64,000 nt of DNA, from NCBI GenBank assembly GCA_012295275.1, contig CM022671.1:2232001-2296000 (forward strand), written 5' to 3'. A model generated the notes under the pieces. That model saw only the letters and a list, made by a program, of their open reading frames with translations, was not told the origin of the DNA and made no database searches. This DNA is from Chrysomallon squamiferum. Taxonomy: Eukaryota > Animalia > Mollusca. The position numbers and the translations under genes are program-made. Each line of letters begins with the position of its first letter. Within the stretch, counting starts at the first letter, position 1. This document shows positions 1 to 12,875 of this stretch, one piece after another.

Positions 1-57
1 TTTTCTTTTACATTTTCTTTTTTACTTTTTGACTTTTTAAATTTTTTGTATTCGTAG

Positions 58-954
58 GTTATGCGACACAATTTGAATTAATTATTCCATTCACTACGGT
101 GATTCTGTTTCTCGTTGTCCTTTTAGCTTGTGTTATACTCAAGTAAGTTGTTATAGATTATAATGCAGTTTATGTATAATGATGGTAATGTGCGCACGCG
201 AATGTTTGTTAATTTAACTGAGATTTAAACTCAGACATTTCTATAGCATTTTATGAATACATATTTCGTACTCTCTATGTGTTTTTGTTTCTATGAAGGA
301 TTTCTTCATATGTAGTGTACCTTTATTATTAGTGATCTGTAAAACAATTTATGCTTATTTTTATTTATTTATTTAATACGCTTGTGTTAGGTCTGCTAGA
401 TTTAGTGAATACACAAACAAAACAATGGCAAAAATAAAGTATCTTCAGGCTAAAAATCTTTAGTTAATCAATAATTATCAGTCATTCTGTACGTATGTGC
501 GTATGTATGTGTATACTAATGCTAGTTTAGCTGTATGGATTATTCCTGTCACGCACTCTATTTATCTCTCTACATGAACGTGTTTCTGTTACTGTGTGTA
601 TGTATTGTGTGTCACTTCCATTTCCTTTATGTTTCCTATCTTAAAAATTCCCTATGTGTGATTTCAACAGAATCTATATAATATTGACTGATAAGTGAAT
701 ATTTATTTTTTTACAGGAAATGGAAGAACGCTCAACGTAAAGAACCGAATTCAACACCTGAATCAGTTTCTTTGTCTGGTAACACATCAACGGTTACTGA
801 TCACTATGATCAAATTAATGAATCTCAGTTAGAGAGTTTCTCAGACAGTTCATCAAATAACTCTCAACAAAGTGCGTTATGTTCCAACAACAACAACAAC
901 CAGATATATTTGCATCCTACAGTAGAAGATGTTTTTATTCCAGTAGTTTCATGA
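58..954 (+). CDS. 3' end of a single-pass membrane protein gene (TM exon 58-142, terminal cytoplasmic exon 717-954); 5' part lies outside the window
   Basis: tcgtag|58-142|gtaagt and ttacag|717 join in frame: GYATQFELIIPFTTVILFLVVLLACVILKKWKNAQRKEPNSTPESVSLSGNTSTVTDHYDQINESQ...QIYLHPTVEDVFIPVVS*. Hydrophobic helix followed by a basic stop-transfer segment. Its 3' flank (~2860-3110) is paralogous to the 3' flank of gene A (~11590-11880). Confidence 0.75.
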
Positions 955-1082
955 CAGACAAGAAAGAAAGAAGAAAGAGAAAGAAGAATAAAAAAAGAAA
1001 GGATGAGACCAAGAATGTGTTCAACATAAGTATAGCGTTTAGCTTGCTTGTTGGGAAGAATATTTTAGGAATATGCTCCAAA

Positions 1083-1203
<121 letters not shown>

Positions 1204-2674
1204 AACAAAAGAAAAGAAGAAAACACAAACAGTTGTAATATAACGATACATAGAGCAAATATTACTTTTCTCTTTTCACAAATTACTTAGCTATTAAACC
1301 TTTGTTCATGCATGAGTTTCAAAGAGAAAAAAGAAGAAAGAAATGAAAAATACGAAAAAAAGAAAAAAGAAATCGCTGTTGTGTGACACGGCGCATTCCT
1401 TGACTGTTTCCCATTCCAGACAGAGACAAATGATTAGTTTATCAAAGTACACGGAATGCGATATTGTCTTTGACACTGGTCAACTGCTAATCTAAATAAC
1501 TGAAAACGGACATAATATAAAGCACTTGATTAGTTAGAAATGTATATGTAGAAAATTTAATATGCAGAATTTGTTGAGCTCTCGAAAAGTCGTCAAATAA
1601 ATATAGTTGCTTTTAACAACATATAGATACAGTTATTATCAACAAGTTTGGTTTTACTATTCAATCATATGAAATTTCCGACCACATATTTTAATGCAGT
1701 AACATAGTTTGTTTCTAACTGGGAAGTTATACTATTTAATATTTAATATGTTCGAAATGTTTTGTTTAATTATAGTTTGAAAATTTTAGATGTTGTTATT
1801 TATTTGGATGTTTACAAAATGTTAACGTTATTAATACATCATTTAATTTTTCTGATGTCAGTTGTTATTTCATTATTTTTTGGTTTGTTTGGTTGCTGTT
1901 CGTTTGTTCGTTCATTCATTTTTATTTATTTATTTATATATTTTCTAATAATAATATATATAACGCAGTATATATATATCTCATAGATAATTTTCTATAT
2001 AACTTGACTTTCTCCATGGAGTGAACATTCCTATAGAATTCAAGTGTTGATACACAATCTTATGGTTTTTTGGTTAGGTTTTTTCATTGCAGTTCCGGAA
2101 TGTAATTTGATTCTGTGAAATGTTTATACAGAACGGTCTTTTGTTTTCTTTTGTTTCTTTTTGTTTCTTTTTTTTTTCTTTGTTTATCTTATTTTATTTA
2201 TTTATTTACTTATTATTTATTTATTTATTTATTTATTATTTTTCTTTTTATTTTATATATATTTTTTTTTTTTCGTTATTGTTTATACGGATATTTTTTT
2301 CAGCAATACTTCTCAGATTAATACGAATCATTATGTACAATGTGATCTTAAAACAATGAATAAATAAAAGGAAATAACTTTGATTCGAAAACAATTTGTG
2401 TAATTTACTCCTTTTATTATAAGAACCGGCCACAAAAAACACAATATATTTATTTTGCACAAAACAGTATAAACACTGATTTATTGTGATAACACTGGTT
2501 TATGTGCACTAACAGACACACAAATATAGTTTTCTTTCGTACAACAAATATAATAATAATATTTGTTTTTGTATCACCATTTTGTTTTACCTCTTTTATA
2601 TATTTTATATCAGTTTTCTATTTTCCCTCGCTTATTCTTTCTTCATATAAAAAATTTAGTTTTCTGGCCTCTGA

Positions 2675-2743
<69 letters not shown>

Positions 2744-2760
2744 AACAAAAACAACAAATT

Positions 2761-2793
<33 letters not shown>

Positions 2794-3399
2794 AATAATA
2801 ATAATAATAATAATAACCCTGATGAAGATGACGATGATAAGTGTAACAAATACCAGAAATACAAAAAATAAAAACAAACAAAGAAAACATTAAAAACCAA
2901 CTTACAACTATGACAAGGTCCTACATGTTTACAAACCAGCACCGCATCATATTAATCAGTATGTACAAAGTCACGTGACACAACTTTAAAGACGCAGAGT
3001 TGTGATCTTGAAAAACAAGGATAAATAAAAGGAAATAACTTTGATTCTTAAACAGTTTGTGTAATTTTATGTTAATTTTATAAGAACCATCATCAAAAGA
3101 AACAACAACAACAATAATAACAATAATAATAATAATAATAATAATTACACAAATTGTTTTCGAATCAAAGTTATTTCCGTTTATTTATTCATTGTTTTAA
3201 GATCAGAGGCCAGAAAACTAAAATGTTTTAATCTAACATAATTTGAAGAAAAAATAAACAAGGGAAAGTACAAAACTGATAAGGAAATAATAGAACAGTC
3301 TGATACAACCAAATATACAGAACAAAATTATATAAAATTAAATTTATTTCAAGATTTTAACATGTCTATTTTTATGCTAATTTTAAAAGATGTCCAACG

Positions 3400-3780
3400 G
3401 CATCCAATAACTGAATGGGCTATGCCTTTCATAAAAATGGATTTTGCAGCCTGTAGAAATACAATTTGCTCATCTGCAGAGAACACAATTTCATCGCAAG
3501 TCTGTGGTAGGGCAGAACTTATCTCTGTCTGTACAGTGCACTGCTCATACTGGGAAAGGAAGGCAAACGAGGAACAGTTTATGATGGTTTCTTTGGAATC
3601 TCATCAATGTATATTTGCTTCATTGCTGTTGTTTCTTCTCTTGCTCGCTTCCATAGTATGTTTATTCACCGAGCAATATTCGGGTCACTTGGAAGATGCT
3701 TGTGTTCTTTTGTGTTCAGTATAAAAATGCCAAATATCGTGCACTTCTCAAAACACGCTTTTCACATGCATCTGCAATGA
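3400..3780 (-). mobile_element. Degenerate MULE/Mutator-like (FLYWCH-associated) transposase fragment
   Basis: Minus-strand frames with stops/shifts give HKHLPSDP...KEETTAMKQIYIDEIPKK...LPSFPSMSSALYRQR...ALPQTCDEI, resembling the region between FLYWCH and DDE domains of animal MULE transposases (recalled motif similarity, not a search). Confidence 0.6.
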
Positions 3781-3849
3781 AGACTTCCCCACTGCATGAA
3801 ATCAGTAGATGTAAGAAAAGACATTAAATATGTGCTGTGCAAAATAAAA

Positions 3850-5296
3850 CAATACTGTGATGAAGTCAGACAGCTAATTTAATTAACACTAGCGGATCAC
3901 TAAAGCAGTCAGGGGTGTAAGGACACATTTTATAACCCAATAAAGAATTTTGTCTATCAAATGGTATGTCTGTCTTTCTGGAGGGAACCCCACACACACA
4001 CATATATATTTATATAATTGTTAGAGTCTCTTTTGTAACATTCTTCCTGGCGTTGTTGTTTTGTCAAGTTTTATTTTAACTCTGTGATGCAAAAAGAATA
4101 CACATATGGCCACAACGCATTATCTAAATGGACAGTGGAGGTAGAGAGACAAATAGGCAGACACAACGGTTATAGATAGATACTAATACATGCCTATAAA
4201 TATACTGACTATAATAAGCAGACACAGACGTACACATGAAGATAGATAGTCTGATTACAGTTACTCATGCAGACAAGCATATATTTCCTCTTCCAGAAGT
4301 GCCAATACAGTTAGCTTACTTAATAATCAAATAAACGTATTTGCAGTCTACATTTAAATAGCATTCTTATATTCAAAGAAATCGTGCAGATAATAAAAGC
4401 TAAAACCGAACCACTTTTTGACTGACATCTGTTTGTATTTTTTACTAAAAGTAACGATTTCTTTGTATAAAACTGTATATAGTTTGTTCATAGACATATT
4501 TTATACTCTCACTGTATTTTTATTACAACAGCAGCAGCAATATTAGTAAAGCTGAACAGTCTTTGTATTGTCCAGAAAAATCTTCTGAAACAGCAAATTA
4601 TGAAGAAATTTTAAATTATTTAGTTTTATTCTTTCGTTCGTTCGGTCACTTTTAGTTCCTAATTCCGTAGTTTCCTAACTAATTTTTCCAGTTTGTTTAC
4701 ATTTTACCATTGTCTATAGTGGCTTGAAACGACATATAGTTAGATTACTTTTCTAAATGTTAAATTATTACATTCATTCACTCATCTATTTATTTTTATT
4801 TAGTCTCGGAAAGCTGTCGACTAATTATAGCTAATTTTTACTGATTACGTTATTCTCAATTCTGCAATCTCCTAATTAATTTTCACAATTTGTTTGTCTT
4901 GTCACTGTATAGTTAGCTAAAGTGAAATTAAGTTTTAATTAATTGTTAAAATCCATTATCTCCTAGCCATTAAATTGCTTTGTTTATTAAAGTGTCATGT
5001 GACAATAAAACATGATATAATAATTTATTTACACAGAATAATGTTATAAAAACAAGGCAGTCTTTGAGACGAATAATACCAAATATAAAAATAAACTAAT
5101 AAACAGGTATAATAACATAGCATTAAATAAGTAGGCTCTTGCGCCTTTGAAACACAGTGAATAAAACACACGCTACTGAAAGTTGTGCTTTGACATTTTC
5201 ATATTAAAAATTATTGGTGTATTTTGAGAAAAAAGTTTATAATATTGCTAAGTAAAATTGATATGTTCGTCTAGAAAAATATGATAAAACTGTGGT

Positions 5297-5385
<89 letters not shown>

Positions 5386-5900
5386 TGTATGTATGTTAAT
5401 AAAATCTTAATTTATTACCATTTAATTGATTTTTGTCTTTCCAGAAAACATTAAATCAATCATACTCATCGTTTCTGTTTAAAATCACTTGGAAATTGTC
5501 TCCGATTTCTAAAACTCGTTCACAGTATCTTCTTACTTTCATTTCTTTTTGTACACTAATATTATACACTAATCTCGTCCTAAAATAGCCAGTCAGAATT
5601 GGTAGAAACAAATTCAGTACTGCGTATCTTTCAAACAAACCTAAGTTTCGCCGTTTCTCAAAGTAAACGTTTATGTAGCTTGTTTAGCTCTCTGTTAGTG
5701 TATGGGGATAAAACAATAGATGTATTTTCTCTAGGTGTTTATTCACTGGAAATATCATGAGTTGTGGAAACAGTGACCCAAAGGTGTAATTAGTCATTCC
5801 TTATGACGTCATGATGAGAAATATTTCAGCATTTAAAAGAAAAGCTTTGCTCGCTTAAGCTTCATTGATAGAACAAAACAATGTATAAAACCATCTAAGT
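3850..5900 (-). pseudogene. Relic third EGF-receptor paralog (gene C), head-to-head with gene A
   Basis: Inverted copy of the upstream region of gene B (~14300-15660). The family acceptor tttgctgtttcag (~4585-4597, minus) is fused directly to a tctggacaatacaaagac remnant of the SGQCKD codons. ~4230-4395 matches gene A intron sequence ~8634-8770. Confidence 0.6.
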
Positions 5901-7091
5901 TATTATGGATATGTATCAGTACTTTAGTGTCCAGTTATAAGTTATAGCTTTACAAATATTACTTTATTTATATCTACAGGCTTATGTGTATATATCTATA
6001 TGTGTATGTATCTATTAATGTATGCATATTAAATAAAGGAACGGACAAAGTAACTGCAAATTAAAAATAAAACATTCAACTTAAGACGTATATGATGAAA
6101 TGAATGAATTTTTTTTTTCTTTTCTTTTTTTTCATATCTCGATTTTTTTTCTTCTTTTTTTCTTTTTTTTTTAACTTTTATTCTTTCTTGACTTTTGATT
6201 TGTATTTTCTTTCGTTCATTCCTTTTCAATTATCTACATATCTATTTACATATCTTGTAACCTTTGGTCACCAAAGGAATATGCACATAAACTAGGTTCA
6301 GTATCTTAAGTACCACGAAGAAGGAAATCTATAGCCATACATTAATGATTAATATAATGCTCTAAGAAGCTTCTTTCTTTCTTATATTTTTAAAAATATT
6401 TTCACAAAATAATAATAAACAGAATTAATTAATTTATGTCTTCATGCTCGTTTTCACTAAACATATTTTGATTTTCTGATTTTTAAATATAATGTCTTTA
6501 TAACAAGATTCATCTTCATGTTTTTAACATTGTTGTATTGTTGCTGCTGTAATAAGAATAGCAACAGTGCTAGTAGTAATTGTTCTTTATATTTATTTAA
6601 TTAATCATTTTGTTATTTTAGCTGTGTTATGTATATATATATGTAATTAAACATAGTTAATATTTATATATTACATCAACTACATAGTCTTAGCGTCTTG
6701 TCTGGTTTAGTTTATTAAGATATTAATCCAATAAGAATAAAATAATCACTTAAAAATTAGCTGTAATTAGTCAATAGCATTCCGAGACTAAAAATAAATA
6801 GATGAGTGAATGAATGAAATAATTTAACATAAAAGAAAAGTTATCTAACTATATGTCATATCTAGACACTATAGAAAATGGCAACATTTAAACAAATTGG
6901 GAAAGTTAATTAGGAAATCATAGAATTAGGAATTAAAGAAATAAGTTTAAAATTAACAGTCTTCAGTCGATTGAATTCCGAGACTTAAACTGAGTAATTT
7001 AACAAAAAAGAAAAGAACAACGTAACCGGAACACATCTTTCATTTCTTGATATTTTGCTGTTTCAGGAGTATAAAGAAAAGGTGTAAAAAC

Positions 7092-10086
7092 ATGGGAGTT
7101 CTTCTCCTCTTACTCTTTACTGTAACATCCGTGTATTCTTTAGTGAAACCTCACTGTAAAGTACCCGGTGAATATAAACAACATTCTTCCACATTCTGTC
7201 AAAGTGGATGTGAAGATGGATGGCAAGGAATCCAGTGTAGACGAAGATGTCCTGAGTCCTGTCTCAAATGTGATCGCGTGACTGGAAACTGTTCTGGACA
7301 GTGCAAAGACGGTTATTTTGGAGTCAGTTGTTCATCTGAATGTTTGGAATGTTCACAGTGTGACGCAGATGGTGTCTGTGTTAACAGTGAAACCACTGGA
7401 AATAGTAGAACACCAGCAGCATATATATGTGAGTTATTTTACTGTGTTATTATTCAGTCCTAGATTATAATTTTAAATTTTAAGTATTTATTTATTATTT
7501 ATTTATAAATTTATATATTTATTTATTTGTTTGTTTGTTTGTTTGTTCTTTGTTTATTTGTTTGTTTATTTTAATTTATTTCTTATTTAATTTGTTAGAT
7601 AATAATAATAATGCTATTGTGAGATTACATATATTTATATAATTAATTATTATAACAATGATAACTACAACTACTTCTATTACTAGCTCTACTAACATTG
7701 CTGTTGCTGCTGTAATACAAATACGGTGCAAGTATGAAGCAGGTCTGCAAGGAATGTTTAAAATAAATGTATCAGGATGAACAAAATAAAAGTAAAGTAT
7801 GGGTATAAAATAGGTGCAAAATGAGAGCATAAAATAAATGCATAGTGAAAGTATAAAATAAGTTTAAAGTGATGTATAAAAATGGGTGCAGTGAATAATA
7901 TATATGTAATAAGTGCATGGTGAAGTATATAAGTGAACAGTGAGCGTATACAAATTAGTGCGTGTATAGTGAGCGTATACAAATTAGTGTGTGTATTGTG
8001 AGTGTATAAATATTAGTGCGTGTATAGTGAGCGTATAAATATTAGTGCGTGTATAGTGAGTGTACAAAAATTAGTGCGTGTACAGTGAGCGTATACAAAT
8101 TAATATGTTTATAGTGAGTGTATAAAAATGAATACTTGTGCAATGAACGTATACAAGATAAAACTAGTTCTGTGAGTAGAAAGTACGTTTACACAGAATA
8201 AATGATATGAAAAATCTATATTTAACCCTACACATTAAATAAATACCATACACAGATAAACTCTAAACTTGAGTCTGTTTTTCTCGTATTTGCAGATGCT
8301 GCTGGTTCGACAAAATTATCTTCCGATTTCGGCAAAGGAGTTGGATGTGGTATCGGCATCACTATCATCATCGGCATGTTCGTTATTTCTATATATTGTT
8401 GTTATAGGTATGAAAGTTTCTGTGTTATTTTCTAAGAAATTAATAATTTTCGATTTTTTTTTCTTTTTTTTTTTTAACTTTCGGCCATTTTCCATTGCAA
8501 TAAATACTCTACGAATAGTTCATTAAGAAGACTTAGATGTGAATTATATTGTCTAAGGGACTGCATACAAAATAATCCTTAATTTTAATATAAACAGAGT
8601 AATCCATCAAGATGTAGTTTGGGTTTTCTCTCTTATTATCTGCACGGTTCTGAACAACATCAGTGATGCTATTAAAGTGCAGGTTACAAATATGTTTATT
8701 TTATCATTACATAAACCAACTGTACAGCCACTTCTGGAATAGAAAAAAATGCAATATAATCAGTCTGTCCCGCTGAATATATGTATCTACCAGCGTCTCT
8801 CTCTCTCTACCGTCTGTCTGTCTGTCTATCTCTCTATCTATCTGTCTGTCTATTAAACATCAATCTAATTCTCTCTGTCGGACTGTTTCGATAATTCTCT
8901 CTCCTTATCTCTATCACTAATTTATTAATTATTTTTTATTTTATTCTAATTCCAGGAACAGGAAGAACAATTCTTCTTCCACATTCTCGATCGTCTCTCT
9001 CAAGATTGGTAACTGTTTTTATCACAGGTAAGTGTATTTCAAATTAATGTAGTATCTGCACTGCAATGTTCTGAATATCAATGTTGGAAAGGCATGCACC
9101 TCTAGGTATGGCTTACTCCCATTTGGTCGAATTCCCCACTGGTCGAATCTCTAAAACAGCAATAAACGTGGACAAATAATCTTACTGATATGCGTGCTAT
9201 TATTTTGGCTGTATGTGTATTATTTTCTATTTCTCTTGCTGTCTCGGTTCTTTTTTGTTGCATTTTTATGTTTTTCAATACCGGTAAATAATCTATTCCT
9301 GTTCTGTTGCAGTACTACGAATTTTCTATGCATTATTAATTTAACAGTCACTGTTTATTTATTACAGAAAAACATATTAATTATGTTTGTAAAGATGTCA
9401 GATAATGGTTCAAGGAAGATTTTGATTTCGTAGGACACAAATGAACTTCCTTCTTTATGTTGCTTAATTAGTCGTGAAAACTCACGTGATCTAACAGTTA
9501 TTACGTCAGCTATCAAATTACCTTACACGATCACGTTCGCATTCTCCAGAAATGTTTTATCTCTGTTCAGTAAATAAAGAAAAATACCTTTCTTTAGTTA
9601 GAAATCTTTCTTCTTGGGGAATTATGACCATTGCTGTGTAGAGAAATGACTGCTATTACAATAAACATACCTACTTTCATGTAGAGATTTCAAAATAATA
9701 AAAAAAATAATAATAATAATTGGGGATTAGCGTTTCCAAATACTGAAGTTATTATAATGACAGAAACTTTGTCGATGACATTCCTTACTGTCAGTGGTTT
9801 CGTGTTTGAAAACAAATACAATAAAATAAATAAATAAATAAATGTATATATATCCATATATATATATAAACCAAGAGAAATATTTCTGAAATCAAGAAAA
9901 CTAGAATGACTAAATTTTTAAAGCCCTTTAAATCTGAATGTGAAATTAATGAAAATGTCATTAAGAATAAATTAGTTTTTTGATTATTTACATTTTGGTA
10001 CCTAATCTTTCTTGGTGTTTTTTGTAATTTTTTATTTTATTTTATTTTATTTTATTTTATTTTATTTTTTGCACAGAAATGTCTAA
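7092..10086 (+). CDS. Gene A: signal peptide + EGF/laminin-EGF-like repeats + TM (MEGF10/SCARF/CED-1-type repeats). Exons 7092-7428, 8296-8407, 8956-9027, probable 10077-
   Basis: MGVLLLLLFTVTSVYS signal, then CEDGWQGIQC..CPESCLKCDRVTGNCSGQCKDGYFGVSC. Phase-consistent GT-AG joins to TM exon (GVGCGIGITIIIGMFVISIYCCYR) and RNRKNNSSS..FYHR exon. The 3' end is uncertain: the 10077 exon gives RNV* in the incoming phase, but an open 36-codon frame (to 10184) in phase 0. Confidence 0.8.
7935..8155. repeat. ~29-bp intronic minisatellite (tgagcgtatacaaattagtgcgtgtatag), about 7 degenerate units
   Basis: Visible tandem units; fewer units in the right-arm copy (~58440-58540). Confidence 0.85.
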
Positions 10087-10334
10087 ACACAGACTGCTGC
10101 TCAGCTAAACAGAAGGAACAAATCCATCTACAGAGAAAACATGAAAAGCATGAGAGAAACATGCAAATGAATTCAGTAAATAAAGTAAGATACATTTCTT
10201 TCGTTAGAAATCTTTCTTCTCGGGGAATTATGACCACTGCTGTGTACAGATATGTCCGTTAATGATTTGAGTTGTGAAATACCATGAATAGTTTTCTAAT
10301 TTTGTTTCTTCAGTAGAAATATTTTAAATAAAAC

Positions 10335-10374
<40 letters not shown>

Positions 10375-12821
10375 ATTATGCAAGCGCATTGACTTTAGTA
10401 AATATCTTTAAAACAGTAAATAAATGAATAAAAGAAAACATTTGAAAATTTAGAAACTTTTAGTTTAGTTTTATAAAATTACATTACGATTTATAATATA
10501 ACTGTAAGAAATATCACTTTCTATCAAAATTTAATAATAAAATATATTTAAAACACTATACAAATGCGAAACTACAATAGTCATAATAAAAACATAGTGT
10601 TTCGTATATAAAAATATGCTGACAACTAACAAAGAAAGGCTTAATAGATTACTATATGATAAAAAGCATTACCACTATTTCACATTTTTTAATTACATTC
10701 GTATAGTACAGAATATTTCCTGCCATTAGAAAAGTATTTATGTACATTTTAGAAATAAAATAAAATATATCAACATAATTAGTTGATAAAATCATATATA
10801 TATATATAAATCCAAACAAACAAAGAAACAAAGAAACAAAAAAGGTGAAAATATAAAATATGACAAATATATTAATATTTAATAAACATTAATGAAAACC
10901 TCATACTTTCAATTGTTGTAATTTATAAATATTGGTTAATATCTAATTAAATATATTGTAGAGAAAAATTTAGTATATTAAGTTAAAACAATAAAATAAT
11001 AAACCTGCTTGCGATAAGAGAGTAAGACAAACAAAAAACAAACAAATAAATAAATATTTTATATTTATTATAATTTTTGAAAAATGCATTTAAAAAAAAG
11101 AAAATATATCGTCTTTCGTTATTCATCAAAGTATGGTTATGTTTTCTCCAGTTCTGATTTTCAGCTTTGTGGCACCTTCACACACTGATCCTAGTTTGTC
11201 TGTGCATAGGTTTCCGTTGCGAGCCCACGTCATGAAATAAATATATAAATAAAAAGAAATGAATGAAAGGAAAGAAAACTGAAAAAATTAAGAAATGAAA
11301 GATAAAAAATGAAAAAGAAAAAGAAAGACGGACAAAGAAGAAGAAAAGTAATGTGTCTGTATTTGTAGGTTTTAATTATATTTTAAATCTCGAAATGTCG
11401 AAACAAAGAAAGGCAGAAAAGAAAAGAAAGAGAGAAAAACCAATAATAATAATAATAACCATAATAATAATGATGATGATGATGATAACTGTAATAAATA
11501 CTAGAATTACAATGATAAAAGAAGAAGAAGAAGTAAATTATCGAAAAGAGAAAAGATGGAAGACACGATAAAAAAAAAAAGACCCCAAAGAAACATCAAG
11601 AACCAATTTACAACTTTGCCAAAGGCCTATGTAGTTAGATGTATACTGCTTAAAAAAGAAAAAATATTTACATCGGAAAGAAAACATAAAACCCAGCACC
11701 CCATCATATTAATCAGTATGTACAAAGTCACGTGACAGAACTTTACAGGAGCAGAGATCTGATCTTAAAAAAGATGGATAAATAAAAGGAAATAACTTTG
11801 ATTCGAAAACAATTTGTGTAATTTATTGTGTTGATTTTATAGCAACCATTCTCAAAACAAACAACAACAAAAACAACAACACTAATACAACTGTAGTGTT
11901 AACGTGTTAGTATATTATTACAGACAAAGAAGCGTAAATATAGTAGTAGTGTTAGTGTGTTAGAAGACTGTTATAGACAAAACAGGTTAAACACAGCACT
12001 TCTAGTACTACTGATGTTTCAGAAGATTGTTTTAGAAAGAAGGATATTCATAGATGAAGTGTTATTGTAGTAGAATGTTATGTTAGAAAAGTTTCAGTAA
12101 TTTAGAAAGTTATTACAGAAATGCAAGAGCTATCCTTCCCTTTTTAGTTTCTTCATTCCTCATTTTTTTCTGTATTTTCATTTCTTTTTATTATTATTAA
12201 TATTAGTATTATTTACTTCTTCCGTTTTTCTTTCTTTCTTTCATTTAGGACATACATACTCTTGTTCACTTACTTGTGAAGTGTGAAGACACAGCAGACA
12301 TAAAAAAAAAGTATTTTCTGTTTGAAAAGAAACAGGAAGAATGAAAATATTGTGTTAAAAATTTACAAACATGGAGTAGATTTATGAATAATTTTGAAAT
12401 TTGTTCTAAAGTAGATTGCTTTAGCTTTGGTAAATTGCTGTTATTTAAAGTAAATAGAAAATCACTGGTAATATTATTAACATCTACGTAACACTCTGTG
12501 TACTGTGTAGTGGTCTAAAGATGTTCACTCAAGTGTGAAATGTGAGTCATTTTATACAAATTATATATTACGTTAAAAGGTCCATGTAAAGGATCATTTG
12601 TTGACTACCCAGCACAGACTTACCTCGCGTGACAGCTCAGATTAACAGATAAAAGGTCTTTTCTGAGGACTCCTTGAACGTTTATCGAGAAAAGGCGATA
12701 TTTCTATTTGCTGATCAGTAATCTTGTTATTTTAGTTTATGACTTAACTGGGTGTCTGTAGGGCTTAAAATCATGCTGCGTCTTCTTTTTTATAATACTA
12801 TTCTGCTTCTTGATAGAAGGC

Positions 12822-12875
<54 letters not shown>

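Noticed and set aside
3362-3724. 120-aa plus-strand ORF
   Set aside because: Antisense to the MULE remnant and not preserved intact in the mirror arm.
11165-11240. Possible terminal exon of gene A
   Set aside because: An acceptor is present, but the reading phase cannot be fixed because the preceding exon is ambiguous.
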